Source: Tubulanus polymorphus (Eukaryota; Animalia; Nemertea). From it: 64,000 nt of DNA. Within the stretch, counting starts at the first letter, position 1. Every line of letters starts with the position of its first letter. The position numbers and the translations under genes were made by a program. The stretch spans positions 7,714,850-7,778,849 of the forward strand of contig NC_134029.1 of assembly GCF_964204645.1 (NCBI RefSeq). Reading direction: 5' to 3'. Below the pieces are notes generated by a model, which had not been told where the DNA came from, ran no database searches, and saw only the letters and a program-made list of their open reading frames with translations. Positions 40,044 to 53,452 of this stretch are shown piece by piece.

Positions 40044-40162
40044 AGAGGTGTTATGCGAGCACGCCAAACCCCTCGTTACATTGGCCGTCGTCAACTGTCA
40101 ACTTTCACAGATAGCAGCTTGACGGCCAATATGACGTGTCGTGACCAGCGTGCATAACCTCT
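40044..40162. mobile_element. Short palindromic MITE with AT flanks
   Basis: AT|AGAGGTGTTATGC...ATTGGCCGTC...GACGGCCAAT...GCATAACCTCT|AT. Confidence 0.6.
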
Positions 40163-42280
40163 ATGAACACATCAAGCTTGTTCAGACACAAGTCATCGAG
40201 GCCTGAGTATGAATTGATATGATTCAAGATTTCGTAATAAACACTGGATGGCTGGATGGGTGATAATTTGATTATCATCAAAATGTCTGATTTTAATACG
40301 CAAGCTTAAGTGCATTTTACGATTGCAAGCCGTTGTCAATGTCGTGTAAACGGTTAAGTGGCGGAGTTATATCTTGCGGGTATAATGCAGACACCGGGTG
40401 TGAGCTCGAATATATCCCTTCACTTATTGACTAAATTCGACTCTCGTACGATATCTCGAAAATAGATGATAATATAATATAATTGAAATCGTCAATGCCG
40501 GGTCGAAGCGAGAATGAAAGCTTTGCCCTGCAAAACAATTAGATTCTTTTGCACCGACTTACGCCTTTCGTCAAATTGATTTTTCCAGCCACGTCTAAAC
40601 TGGAAATGCTTGCATTTATGGAGCGATGTTTCGGAGAAGGAAAGCCGTGTCATATTGGTTTTCTTCTTTCTTAAGGTGCAGTTTCTCAACCAATAATCAA
40701 TTGAACAAATCGCCAACGAGCAATCATTGCGTAGTCAAAGTAGTTTTCCTTCAAAACTTATGATATCATAAACACGTAACGCGGGGTATTAATAAATCAA
40801 ATACATAGGAAGGGCATAGTCGAATTACTCTAATCCGTATCAAAAAGTCCATTTCATACGTATTATGGAAAGCATTTACAGGTTTTTACAGGTTTATCCT
40901 CTTTTCTAACGTTTGGTTTGATCTCTTCTACATTCTATGGGTAAAATGTTCAGCATTTGAGATTCTAGTGCAGACTGACGCTTACAGACAAAGCTTATTG
41001 CGCAAGGTAACCCAACCGAATAGTGATTTAGTTTGGTCAAAAGCTCCGGGAGGGTGGTTTATCCATTACTTCAGAGCTCTTGTTTGCGGTCCATGTTTTG
41101 CTTAATCTCACCGACGTTTCAGGTGAAAATAAAGCTATCTTATCACCGAAAAACTAAACTTCATCCGCAAAAAGGAGCGGTACCGTTGAAAAGATATAAT
41201 GAGAATTATCCCAGTTCCAGTTAAGTAACCAAGACAAAACTTAGAATTACAGAATTCATACATTTATTGCTCAAAATTAATCATTTAAACATAGTGTGTA
41301 CCAAAGTGTTCAGCTATATGTAGAGCTATTAATAAATTCAAATACGTATGAAGGCAGTTAAAGCCCAAATGCAATAGGGATTCAAACGTGAAACATACAA
41401 TGTATTGTGACAAGATTAAACAAAATACACGAAATACAGAAGAAAAATATAGCCGCAATGTAGCGGTAACGGGTTTTCTACCTCAACATCATTAACCTGC
41501 AAAACAGTAAATATAAATAAAACATTGTTTATTGTTGGGGTTTCGAATCTGATATGACTCGTGTATTTACACCAATGTATTATATCACAATAATCCTTAT
41601 TTTAGGTTTGAAACGGCACTATTCAAAAAAGTTAAATTCAATTGGTGTGTATCGGGATTCAATCCCAGAACGGCGGTTTCTAATTTGTTGGAGTGGAAAC
41701 AAAATTCTATTTCCAATGCAATTCGAACCAAGTGATGGCTGGTACTGTCGGACTGAGCTATTTGAAATATTTTCGTATTCAAAATAGAATCTGTGTTGTA
41801 AATGTAAATCTTTCATTTACAACTCACTGAGATGAACGAGTTCCTAGTTATCCCGCGCTACGAAACATGACATACACTAGTATGTATTATACAACATAGT
41901 ATTATACAACACAATGCGTATAAAGCCCTTAAAAGCCTATGAAAATAACGTTAGACCCCTGGGGGACGAACCAAAGGGTCAATCAAAATCAAGATACTTG
42001 AGATCTGTGGGTATTGGGTTTAAGTAAAATCCTAGAAAATACAGTAGAGATCAGTCAAGTAGTTTAGGAGTTTAGGCTTTCGGTGACCTTTGAAGATGAA
42101 ATGCTTGGAAAGGGGGAAATAGTAAAGATAGTGATAACGATAACGATAAGAATAAAGATGACAATATCGATAACGATAACGATAATGAAAATGATAGTTA
42201 TAATGATTACGATGATAAATTTCGTAGGAAAGAAATAAGGGTTTTCTTCGAAAAAGCAGAAAACCCTAAAAATGCGAGAA

Positions 42281-43660
42281 CTAAAGAAATATTTCTTCAA
42301 TGTTTGCTCTCAGTACCTTCCATTGAACCAAGTCCCGACATATTGTCATTTCATTGCAATTGCTTTCCTCACATTGGGCAAACCTTCGTCGAGCTTGTGC
42401 CGACCGAAGAAATGTCATTAACCTTTCATCGAAGAAACGTCTACCAACCATCTGTTTATTATTTGATCTCCTGGTATCATCACCTGGTGGATTGTTGGCT
42501 ACAGGTAGTTTACCTCTTCTCTGGGTCGACGTAGTCGGGGAAGCATCATTTTTATCCGGAAGAACATATTCGCGGCGCCGATGACCAGTTTCGTTCATGC
42601 CGCATCTCGAGTGCTTTTTCGCGCCGGCCTTCACGATTGAGTTTTCGTGAATATCATGAGATGCGCTGAGTTCGACTCCCGGATTATCAGCCGTTTTTTT
42701 ATCAGCTCGGCGTGGCAGTTTGCAGCCTATGGGAGGCAGTGGACATCTCTCCCATGGCGAAGTAGGCTCAGAAGATAGTTTATTCTGACCGGTTTCATTC
42801 ACGCTTATTCTCGTGCGCTCCGTCGCTGCCACTGCCTTTTTCTTTACGCTAAAATGTCGGCGAATATCATGAGATGCGCTGAGTTCGACTTCCGGATTAT
42901 CAGCCGTTTTTTTATCAGTTCGGCGTGGCAGTTTGTAGCCTATGGGAGGCAGTGGACTTCTCTCCCATGGCAAAGTAGGCTCAGAAGATAGTTTATTCTG
43001 ACCGGTTTCATTCACGCTTATTCTCGTGCGCTCCGTCGCTGCCACTGCCTTTTTCTTTACGCTAAAATGTCGGCGAATATCATGAGATGCGCTGAGTTCG
43101 ACTTCCGGATTATCAGCCGTTTTTTTATCAGTTCGGCGTGGCAGTTTGTAGCCTATGGGAGGCAGTGGACTTCTCTCCCATGGCAAAGTAGGCTCAGAAG
43201 ATAGTTTATTCTGACCGGTTTCATTCACGCTTATTCTCGTGCGCTCCGTCGCTGCCACTGCCTTTTTCTTTACGCTAAAATGTCGGCGAATATCATGAGA
43301 TGCGCTGAGTTCGACTTCCGGATTATCAGCCGTTTTTTTATCAGTTCGGCGTGGCAGTTTGTAGCCTATGGGAGGCAGTGGACTTCTCTCCCATGGCGAA
43401 GTAGGCTCAGAAGATAGTTTATTCTGCAATTCGAATACACTATGCCAATAGTCACGATCAGCACCATCAAATCTGAACACGTTTCCATTCGGAGTATCAT
43501 TTACGATCTCCTCGTGAACTCTATAATCTTTTATCGCACGTACTTGTTCATCCACTGCTACAAGTTGCTTGGGTAACTTAGGCAACTTTCGCGGAGGTGA
43601 TAGACTTTCACATGTTTGCACCATAGCATTCGACGTCTTCGTAGTACTCCACATGGTCAT
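42281..43660 (-). CDS. Intronless 459-aa orphan protein with 71-aa tandem repeats (PWERSPLPPIG), likely disordered
   Basis: 1380-bp ORF, including ~230 bp before and ~300 bp after the repeats; 3 near-identical 213-bp units plus one diverged unit; TATA+Inr directly upstream. Confidence 0.6.
   Translation of the reverse strand: MTMWSTTKTSNAMVQTCESLSPPRKLPKLPKQLVAVDEQVRAIKDYRVHEEIVNDTPNGNVFRFDGADRDYWHSVFELQNKLSSEPTSPWERSPLPPIGYKLPRRTDKKTADNPEVELSASHDIRRHFSVKKKAVAATERTRISVNETGQNKLSSEPTLPWERSPLPPIGYKLPRRTDKKTADNPEVELSASHDIRRHFSVKKKAVAATERTRISVNETGQNKLSSEPTLPWERSPLPPIGYKLPRRTDKKTADNPEVELSASHDIRRHFSVKKKAVAATERTRISVNETGQNKLSSEPTSPWERCPLPPIGCKLPRRADKKTADNPGVELSASHDIHENSIVKAGAKKHSRCGMNETGHRRREYVLPDKNDASPTTSTQRRGKLPVANNPPGDDTRRSNNKQMVGRRFFDERLMTFLRSAQARRRFAQCEESNCNEMTICRDLVQWKVLRANIEEIFL
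42580..43426. repeat. 213-bp tandem repeat array
   Basis: GAAGATAGTTTATTCTG at 42771, 42984, 43197 and 43410 (period 213). Confidence 0.97.
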
Positions 43661-43700
43661 CAGAGAGAACAGTTATTCGAATGACCGCCTCCAGTTAAAT

Positions 43701-43733
43701 AACTGAAGTGTCAAGTTCGTTTCCATTTAAATA
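43701..43733 (-). promoter_or_regulatory. TATA box plus initiator core promoter of the orphan ORF
   Basis: Minus-strand TATTTAAA (43733-43726) and TCAGTT (43706-43701); first T is at -29 relative to the Inr A (43704); ATG lies 44 nt downstream. Confidence 0.6.
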
Positions 43734-46388
43734 ACCATCACTGCGAAAGTGTTAACACGCTTAGCTTTTGCTTAGAGAGGTCAACAACGTATGATCGTCA
43801 TAAAGTAAGTGAATTCAGATCCCTATTAGCAGGTATTATTATATGGTCACAACAGGTGAGATTGAAGAAATACGTAATGAATAAAAGGCCTTGGTAGGGA
43901 AAGCATCAGGATCTAGTAAATTTGGTAGTCCAAAAGAACTAAAGGATTCGAAATTAAAAGAGAATGGACTTTTTTACTCCTTCAGTCTTGAGCTGGCTCA
44001 GTTGTAGTTGGAAACTTGTTTGACGATCATCCTGTGGTGTCGATATTTCTAAGAGCAAGGAATTGATAATTTTTGACTGACTGCTATAGTGCGTAGGCAG
44101 GATTACACTTAGATCCTTATACGGAAGATAAGTTATTGAAATAGACGTGAAGACAATAAACACACACATCGTACTAATGACATGTTCGAACATCGGAAAA
44201 TGTCTTACCGCTTCCGCGTTGCCACTGTCAATTAAAATTGAAGGCTACCAGTCCATAATCTCATCCGACAATCGTCTTCAACTCTTCATCTCATATTGTA
44301 CATACATGTATTGCATATTCCGTTGTCAAATAATTTGGTATATATAATCATGTTTTTCGATAGACAATTGTATAATATTTTCAATTAATCATCATTGATT
44401 CAATGGGGACCGATTTGAGGGTCTTTCACTTGGATAATCCGGTAACGTTCATCGGGCGCTTGAATATCATTTTAGTAGAAGAAGCCTTGCACGATGCTAA
44501 ACTGCGGAAATTGAACGTAGAACTTCGCGGAGAAGCGGGCGTTTTCAAGTATCAAGTTCAGATGAAAAACCAAATAGGCTATGACTTGTAATGTATACGC
44601 ATTCTTAATGTATACGCATGCAAGAGCAAAAGATTGGCAAACGTCGGCCATACAAAATCTTTAAAAATTGTTTAAATGAAGTATGTACTTACCATAAAAA
44701 ACGCCATTATCATCCGCGAAAGCTTTCCTTATTCAGACGAATGATATCCTAATATGATAGAATTTCGTCGTTATACGCGATGGTTTCTACAGAAAGAACG
44801 ACGAGAGGCTGAGCGGCGCAGACGTTTCGATGGTGCAGGTATAGAAGGTCGATAAATGATGAAGGAAATCCGCGGTGACTGCTGCCGATCAGGGGTTTGT
44901 TTTCAGTAAATGAAGACTAGTGCGCGAGAGCATGGGCCACCCGTATATGTATACATGACGTATAGTTGTTCCCAGTTATCTCATATCTTTAACCATATCT
45001 ACATACGTAGAGCTGATCTTAAAGAAAAGATTAGATCAACACTGGAACAAGGTATAAGACCCATGACTTAAAAATACCCAGCCCTGCAGCATCGAAGCTT
45101 TACAGCATACGAAGTAGTGGATGATATGTAAATAGTACCTATCGTCATATCTTCCGATAGCTTCACCACAGTAGGGTGAGCCAAAAAAATAAGAGGAGTC
45201 AATAGTTATATCTATAAAAGTCGTTTTATCTCAATGTGTGTCTCTTTAATGACATTCTTAAGCCTCTGAGTTACGTGAATTATCGCCGAGTTAAACTTAT
45301 TTCATGTTTGGTAAATCTATTTTAGAGAATCCAGTTCTATCTGGCAATTGTTAAATCAGGAACTGATTTTTGTTACGTTCGCAATAATCAAATTACTAGT
45401 AGCAAGTAATGTACTGCGAATGAGCTTCACCGACGTTTTTCACGAATACTGGAAAAATCTAACTGCTAAATCTGACCGCGAATGATTGAGACGTAAAAGT
45501 CTACGGAGATTGAACTCGGCAAAATGTGATAAAAAAGGTTTCACGGAAGTTATTAATCATCGGTAATCTCTCAATTTCCAGCAGTTCGGTCAGGTTTGAA
45601 AAACAATGTTAATTCCACGATGCTACACATCAACTCTATGTGTATCTAATTGCTATTTCCAAGATGTATATGTCTTAGCATTATCAAGCAGATTTGTAGA
45701 CAGAAGTGCCATTCGAACGTCTGCGAGTATGTCCGAAATTCAAAGCGACTTTTCTTTTAACGTATCTATATTTTGCTGATTCGATGGGCATTTACGATGA
45801 ATAGCTTTTGTTCCGTTTCAATGTTCTAAGAAAAATGTCACTTTCATTTTCTGCCAAAAGCAGAATACTGCAAATACTCATTGTTGATATTGTTCAGTGC
45901 CAAACGTATGATGTTTTTAAGCTTGTTGTTGAGGATGATTTCTAAGGGCGTCGAAATTTCTAGATATTTTTCGTTAATTTCCCTATCTCAGACAAAATGG
46001 TCTTCAACAATTATATTTGGCAATGTAGCAGCGGTCATCATAATGCGATTAGGACCATCAAGCCAATTCACACCTGTAGAACAATGACGAAATTGTGTGT
46101 TTCTTGGTATCTTAATTAGCGCTATCACAAGGACCCGTCCAGGGGGGATGACGCTTTTACGCAACAAAATAAATGTCCTCGTGTAAGCTCAGGTGCCCGA
46201 GTCACACTGACATTGATTTTCTTACAAAAAGATAGAAATCAAATACAAACTAAGTACAAAAATACGTAGACATCATGAGGGATCGCAAGCTATACTCGTT
46301 GCTATGTCACGGTTGCCGTGGTAACCGTACACAAATTAGATAGTTAAATGGTGAACCATTAGACCAAGCTCTGCTCAGACAAAATGTT

Positions 46389-46481
46389 GCACACGGCACC
46401 GAAAAAACGTTTTTTCACGAGGAAAAAACGTTTTTTCACGAGGAAAAAACGTTTTTTCGGTGCCGTGTGCGTTGGGCATTA
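46389..46481. mobile_element. Palindromic Harbinger-like MITE fragment
   Basis: GCACACGGCACCGAAAAAACGTTTTT ... AAAAACGTTTTTTCGGTGCCGTGTGC with internal 21-bp repeats; ends GTTGGGCATTA. Confidence 0.6.
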
Positions 46482-46749
46482 CAAAACGAAAATCACGAAA
46501 ATGTGCTGCCCTGTACTGCTGGTGCTAGAGGGGTCGGTGCTTGGTCTTAGCAAACATATGAGAAAGAGGATTTGCCAATTGTGTAGCCAACTAGCGCCTC
46601 GTTACGATTCGGCGCTAGCACTTTGTCATCAGTTCCAGTTGCGCAAATGCCCTCCCATGGAAAATATCCTTTTTTCTCAGGATTTTTTCTTTGGCTAAGT
46701 GTCTCGCAGTAAGGTACAAACGTAATTTAACGACTCATTGACATCTTTA

Positions 46750-47173
46750 AGCCCAACACCGAAAAAACGTTTTCGATGTTTTTTGTTATGCCGTGTGCGG
46801 GGGAGGCAAAACACAAAACGCCGAACAGAAAAACGTTTTTCGCGAAACAAACACTGCTTGATTTGCAAAAACGTTTTATGTAATCGAAAACGTTTTTCGT
46901 CCAGTGTGCGGTGGATTTTTTGTGTTTTGCAAAACATCCACGGCTGAATGGCCAATCAGCGAGCAACAATGTATCACATGGCATTACAATGGATGTGAAT
47001 AAGTGAGTTTATTGTTGCCTCCATGGTGCAAGAAATGTGTTATACGCGTTTTCGTTATGCTGTGTGCGTTGAACGTTTTATCGTTTGCGGGCAAAACGTT
47101 TTACGAAAAACAATTTGTGAAAAACGTGTTTTCTCTTTTAGCGAAACAAATGTTTTGCCGTGTGCGGAAGGCT
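46750..47173. mobile_element. Harbinger-like MITE, same family as 46389-46481
   Basis: TTA|AGCCCAACACCGAAAAAACG ... GCCGTGTGCGGAAGGCT|TTA; repeated AAAACGTTTT and GTGTGCG motifs. Confidence 0.6.
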
Positions 47174-48128
47174 TTACTGTTGATAGTTAGTACCTCACGG
47201 TAAAAGTCGAAAGTAAAATTTTTTTGCAAAGTCTTTTGAGGTGTCGTCTCGGGAACATATCGGTAAATGTATCATCATTCCGATCAACTTGAGAATATCT
47301 CGCAGAAAAATTTTTTTGATAAATAACTTTTTCTGTCAAATTAGTAACTTAACTCGCAGAAAATATCTTTCATTGCTAATTTCTTCTGGTGATTTGATAA
47401 AACATTGTTCTGTGTCTCCAGGACACTTCTGTACTAAGGCTTCCAACTTCCATCATGTATATCCTGAAAAGAATCGCTAGGATTTTCGAGGACAACGTCA
47501 TACAGTCGTTTTATTCCATTTCTTCACGTTTTCGGATATGGTAGAAATCGCAAAAATCGCACTCATTTTTTTCAAACGATTTTATTTCTGAACATTTAAT
47601 CGACAAAATAAAACATGTATGGAATATGAAATGAATTAAGAGAGAAATTTGTTCATGGATTTCTTGCATATAAATTGATCATCCTGATAGATCAAATTAG
47701 TACAGTGTTCTACCGTTTTAATCACGCGAGTTTTAAATGAATAACATAAACGACATTTGATTTATTTCCTGAATAATTTACATCAATAGACACCAGATTT
47801 ACAAAGTGTTATATACTAAATTACATATACCGATGTTAAATAACAGCAGCGTAACAACCTAGAAGAAAATCAAGAGAATTGTGGCTTCACGCTAATTTCA
47901 GATTGAAGTCACTGACACCGATTTGATAATGAATATGATGGACATGTATGCATTGCGTCTCAGTGCGGTAAACAATGAAAGTTGCAAGAATACATTTAAA
48001 TTGCTAATAGAATTTTTCTTCAAAAAGGAAAGTTTTAAGACGAGATTTCAAATCGCCAATGTCATTATACAGTTCCGAAGATTTCTAATGAGCGCAGATG
48101 CTTGACTGAACCCTGAAGCTTACCACGC

Positions 48129-51100
48129 TTATTTTGTTTTCTTTTTGAAAATCGATGCGATGCTTATCGTAGACAATGTGTACAATACCGGATTGAGGGC
48201 TGAATTGATAGGGAGAATACAAATTGCCATCCAAGCAGTGATTTGGGGCTCGATGAAAATACCGTTCATAGCGCATGCGATCAAAACGAGAATCGGCGCC
48301 CAACAAACGACGTCACTGAAAATCAACATGGCGGATCGTTCGGCCAATCGAATTTCCTTTTCGATATCGGATCTACCGGCTCGTTTTCTCGTCTGTCGAC
48401 TGAATATATAAATCGCCAAATAGCCTAAACACGTCACCAACAAAGCTGCGCTGTTGGCTATAACGATGAACACTAGCTGGTACTCCCAGTGTGCGCTGTC
48501 TCGTTTGAAGCTAATCTGTAGACAAACCGAGCTCAGATCAGCCACTTCGAAATATGGGATGCCAAATGTTGGAACCGACGACATTACAATACACCAAAAC
48601 CAGATGGAGGGAATCGCATACTTTTTCACCTGTTCGACAGAAAGCCGCCAGAATTTGAAGGCAAATACGGTGGCCAAGACTCGATCGACGGTAATAGACA
48701 CAATAGTTATCAGCGACAGTTCGCTGGAAAGCATTGATAAAAAGCTAGCAAATTTACAAAGAAAGCTACCGGTCCAGTAATCTGATTCGATGAAATAACG
48801 ACCTCTTGACGACAGATCTTTTCCTGCTATGATGAATAAGTAGATTCCCATAAGAAGGTCAGCTATGCCGAGATTTACGATCAAAAGAGAGGCGACATTC
48901 ATTTTACGTTCACGCATACGCCAAGTAATTACGAAGCTATTTCCGAACACAGCCAAAGAGCCTATTACCCAAACAACTGTTTGAAGGAGCCCGTTATGTA
49001 GCAGATCCTCGCATGAGGAAAATTCGCCTTTGATTGGACTACAACTTTTAGCATTCTTTGCCAGGCAACAATATTTGAAATTCGAGGTGAGAACATCCGT
49101 CTGATTCAGGTTAACGAATACTTCGCTATGAAGGTCGTCCATTTGGTTATCTCGAAGGTCAAGGTAACGTAGACTGTCTAGACCAATAAAAGCCTGGTCT
49201 CTAACTGTCTTCACGTTATTACGTCTGAGTATTAAACTTTTCAGACCAGACAGACCCCTGAAGATACCAGGTTTTAAAATTCCGAGATCGTTGTCAGAAA
49301 TATTCAAATACGGAAGTTTTGACACACCGTGAAATAAACCAGCACTGATAGATTTCAACGAATTTCCTCCTAGCTGAAGATCCATCAAATTGACGAGGCC
49401 CCGAAGATTTGGCAGAGTGTTAAATCTATTAAAAGATATATCAAGGCAATACAGGTTCTTCATTTGTTGGAAGAAGTTCGTCGGAATATATTCTAGTAAG
49501 TTGTTAGATAAATCTAGGAAACCGATGTGAGGAAGGGTTAGATTGGGCAGTATTTTCAATTTGCTATACGATAGGTCCAGTGCCCGCACCTCGCGGTTAA
49601 CAACATCGTCAAAATCGGTGACATTGAAGCCGGCACGACACGAAACGGAATAAGCATCGACAATACACTGAAGTTGCGCGAAAGACTTGTAATCGCAAAG
49701 TTTTTCATCGTCGGCAAATTTTGGGCAATCGATTTTGCCGTCACAGACCTCCATCTGCGAGAGGCAAAACGATTCACCGCGGCACGAAAACTCCCCAGGA
49801 CAACGATTGTTGCGTGGGCAGTCCTTCTCATCGAAACCGCCAAAACAATCCCAAACACCGTCGCAAACCTTTTGAGTAGGGATGCAATACGAGGCCGGAC
49901 ATTTGAACATGTGTGGACACTGAAAATCATGGCAATCAACCAAATGGTGACGGCGACGGCAATAGTCATAGCCATGTCGGTTTTGACCCATGATACAAGA
50001 CAGCGATCTGTTGATACAAGTCAAGGACTCACGAAAAGAGCACAACACTTGTTGTGTTTCGTTGCAAAATGGCCTATTCGACGCCTCTACGATCAAATGC
50101 CCGTTCAATGAATTCAACCTATCTCTAGGGTAGAAATTCATTGCGTTCGATGTGCTTAGCATTTCATCGAGAACGTTCTCATCTTTGGCAATTGTGCCCG
50201 GACAGTCAGGATATCCATCATTGACTAGAAACAGGGGCAAGCATTCGCCAGTATTGCATCGAACTCCCGAACACTTCGGGTTTACATCGCATTTCTTCTC
50301 GTCGGACCCGTCTATACAGTCTATGTTCAAATCGCATCTAAACCGTGATGCAATACATTCGCCGGAATTGCATTGGAATTGGTCGTCAGCACAAGACGGA
50401 TAGACGCATCCGTCTTCATCGGAACCGTCATCACAGTCGCTATAGCCATCACAATACAGCGACCAGGGTATGTAATTATAGTTATCTCTCTGGCATTGGT
50501 AAAAACGAGGTTTCGAATACGTACAATTCATTTCATCTTCCCCATCAGCGCATTGGCGATATCCATCACACACTCTAAACTTCGGTACACATGTGCCATC
50601 GGAGCAACGAAACTGGCGAACCTGGTCGCAAACGTAGAAATTTGGTTGCTCTATCGGATCGGTTTTGCAAAGAACGTTCAGCAAACGTGGGTATAGTGAA
50701 GAGTCACCGTTCGGCCTGTCGATCTTATAAAGAATAGTTTCGTTTTTATCTAACTTTCGAAATTCCCAATTGGCGTTAGATTCTGAGTTTTTATCGATGT
50801 AGTAATCGAAGTCGGTTTCATTCGATGCAATCCAAATTCCGCCGAAATCGTACTTATGCATCCACACGTTCAAATATTTGTTTAACGATTCGATGGACAG
50901 GGCATCTTTTTGTAAAATGTGGCTGTCACGGTTTCGACAAATCAGTTCGGCCGATGAAAACGCTAATGGCTCGAGTAAGCTCTCCATCGAAGTATATAGG
51001 GCTATACAATGACCGTCGATCATACTAAATTCTTGGGGACAAAATTTGAGACTGAATCGGTCGTTGTGGTAACCTTCCTGGAGGTATTGCTTGCTGACAG

Positions 51101-53075
51101 ATTGGGTTTCATTTTGCTCGGTAACTTTTTCCGTTTTCGCTGCCTTCTTCTTACATATGGACATAGCGTTATCCATCGGCAAGTTGCATGGTACGAGCAT
51201 CCATTGCATCGGCATCATTGAGGATATGAATAACATACCAACACATCTTTTGTTGCCATAATGTGACGGTTGTGGCATCAAACGGGATCCTATGATAAGG
51301 AGTTGCTGTCCATCTAACTCGGGTAAGTTGACTGCTGCCCACGGGTTTGAGGGAGAGAACCAATTTGTTACGGTTAAAGGATTACCATCAATCCAGCGGA
51401 AAGCATTCTAAAATATGAAACATGCATCAATGAGGCAAATAAACATTGACAGTTGCTAGATATCATTTTGTTTGGGTACTTTGAGAACGCAAGGGCGGAC
51501 CCAGGGTGCCTCATATGCCTCGCTTAAGGCACTCAAAAATTTCAGTTGCGCGTTTAAGAAACGGGCAAAAAATTCTTTTTTATGATTTGGAATTTTTGTA
51601 GAATTATTTCATGTTTGATATTGATAATGAATGAATTTTCCCCGTTGGTCGATTAAGCCAAGCAGGGCGTCGACCGATTTGTTAACGTTTCGGCGTTCAA
51701 TAAATGAGCCGTTACACATATGGCCTGTGCCCTTTTGAATGGCGAGATAGTCAAAATTAAACCGTAGATCTACTTCTACATATCTTTTTATTATTCGCCA
51801 ATAACGATTTTCCAAATTTGGCGACAATTTCTCGTTTTCTAGGGCATGGAAGCCCCATTTCATAGTTTTGCAACAATATGGCACAAGAGCAATAGAAGTT
51901 TAACTTAAGTTAGTGCGCAAAAATCCAGGGCTTACAATTTGCCTATTTTCTTTTAAAAAAATCGAAAATTACAGAAAGGGCGCATGTAAACGCCTGCTTT
52001 CAAACAAAATTTAGAATAAATTGATAGCGTGCCAAGTTTTTAATTGTATGGCCATTTTACTGAACGGCATTTCAAAATTACGAATCCAAATTAAAACCAA
52101 AGCTATATTGAGGCATATACTTCCTTCTTAACAGTTTCGAATGTTAGACTTCACTTCATGATACATGGCAATCGTATCTTCAAGTATAATTTCAATTGAT
52201 AAAAAAGTATGTAGTCATACTTTGTTACAAATAGCGAACTGATTCATGACATCACTAATTCGTTCATTCTATCTATTATATACACATACCTCGGTATTGG
52301 TTGCAATCTTACTTCTAGTGAGTCCAATGAATATAAGGGTTCTGTACAGTCTCTGAGGCGGTAATCGGTGATGCCAGTCGCTAAAAAAGAAGTAATGAAT
52401 CATTTCGATCTCCTCGTGACTATTGTATGTCAGCAATGAAGCATTTTCTCGGCGACAGTTCTCGCTAGCTGTTTTCCACGAAAGTGGACGATTCGGCAAA
52501 AATGCTTTATAACAGGATCCGGCGTATTGTAACCATCCATCTACGCAGATTAATGACTGGTCGTTTTCAAAGTGCTTGGTGTTGTACATATTAAAATGAA
52601 TTACCGCCACGCGATTTTTGATTGTGTAGTCAGCTTGTTTTTCTATATAGTTGTTTATCTCTATTGCTTTCGTCAAGGCGGCAAAACCAGGTACTGCAGA
52701 GTACGAGTTTGTCGCTCTCGTAATGGCACCACTATGCGCCTGTCCAAATTTCACGAAATTGCCGTGCATTTCGGTAAGACTTGTACTGAATCCGGGGATC
52801 ACACGGCTGTACTTGAACCTGATGTACGCTTTTTGCAGCTCCAAATTTCCTCCATGAATTGCCACCATACAGTTGTCACTGCTCATGATGATTTCCCCAC
52901 AACTATGTTTAGAAAGATCTGCCATCTGGCCGCAGGTGAATACGGTTCTGTTCATACTTTCACCACAAACGTTGTCGATAGGTATATTGAGCATCCACGA
53001 AAATGGCGGAGCTGCGTTCGTTTTGGCAATGTACCCAACGCTGAATAATGCGAAAAATGTTACGAAGCTTAACAT
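48129..53075 (-). CDS. GRL101: GRL101-like LDLa/LRR rhodopsin-class GPCR with N-terminal C-type-lectin-like domains; exons 53075-52290 and 51407-48129, ~1354 aa
   Basis: Signal peptide MLSFVTFFALFSVGYIAKTNA; CTLD motifs CVDGWLQYAGSCYK...FIGL | FRWIDG...NW joined in frame by GAG|GTATGT (52289) and TTTTAG|AAT (51408); ~7 LDLa repeats (CDG..DC.DGSDE); LxxLDLSxN LRRs; hinge FKYCC...CEDLL; 7TM with GN, ADLLMG, DR, CWAP, NPVLY. Confidence 0.93.
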
Positions 53076-53452
53076 TTTGATAATTGCACAAGGGAAATGT
53101 CCAGATGAAACGATGCTATGAAAATCACTACCGTGATACACTGCTGCACTCAAGGCCCAATTATTTATCTGCGGCAGAATGAAAATATGAGCTCCACTGA
53201 TTGGTTTGAATCTAGACATCGCCTTTTCTTCGTAATGTGGTTGGTGGATAGATTCCTACACGATGGCATGTATATAAATGATATGATTTTTGATTCATCG
53301 TCATTATCGTGACAAAACCATCAGCGAATTTGATACTAGCGCGAATCATAATTCGGTTTGAAATTGATATTCAATAGCTGGAATCATCTCGAATTTCTAA
53401 TTACTCGTATCGTATGGTCGGCGGCAACAAGTTTTTGACAGGTATCGGCGGA

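Noticed and set aside
42064-42300. Hydrophobic Ile/Val-rich ORF resembling a membrane protein
   Set aside because: Produced by a degenerate (GATAAC)n low-complexity tract downstream of the orphan ORF.
53076-53219. Upstream in-frame ATG (MSRFKP...) as the GPCR start
   Set aside because: The signal peptide begins at Met 53075 (AAAATG context); the extension would displace it. Not fully excluded.
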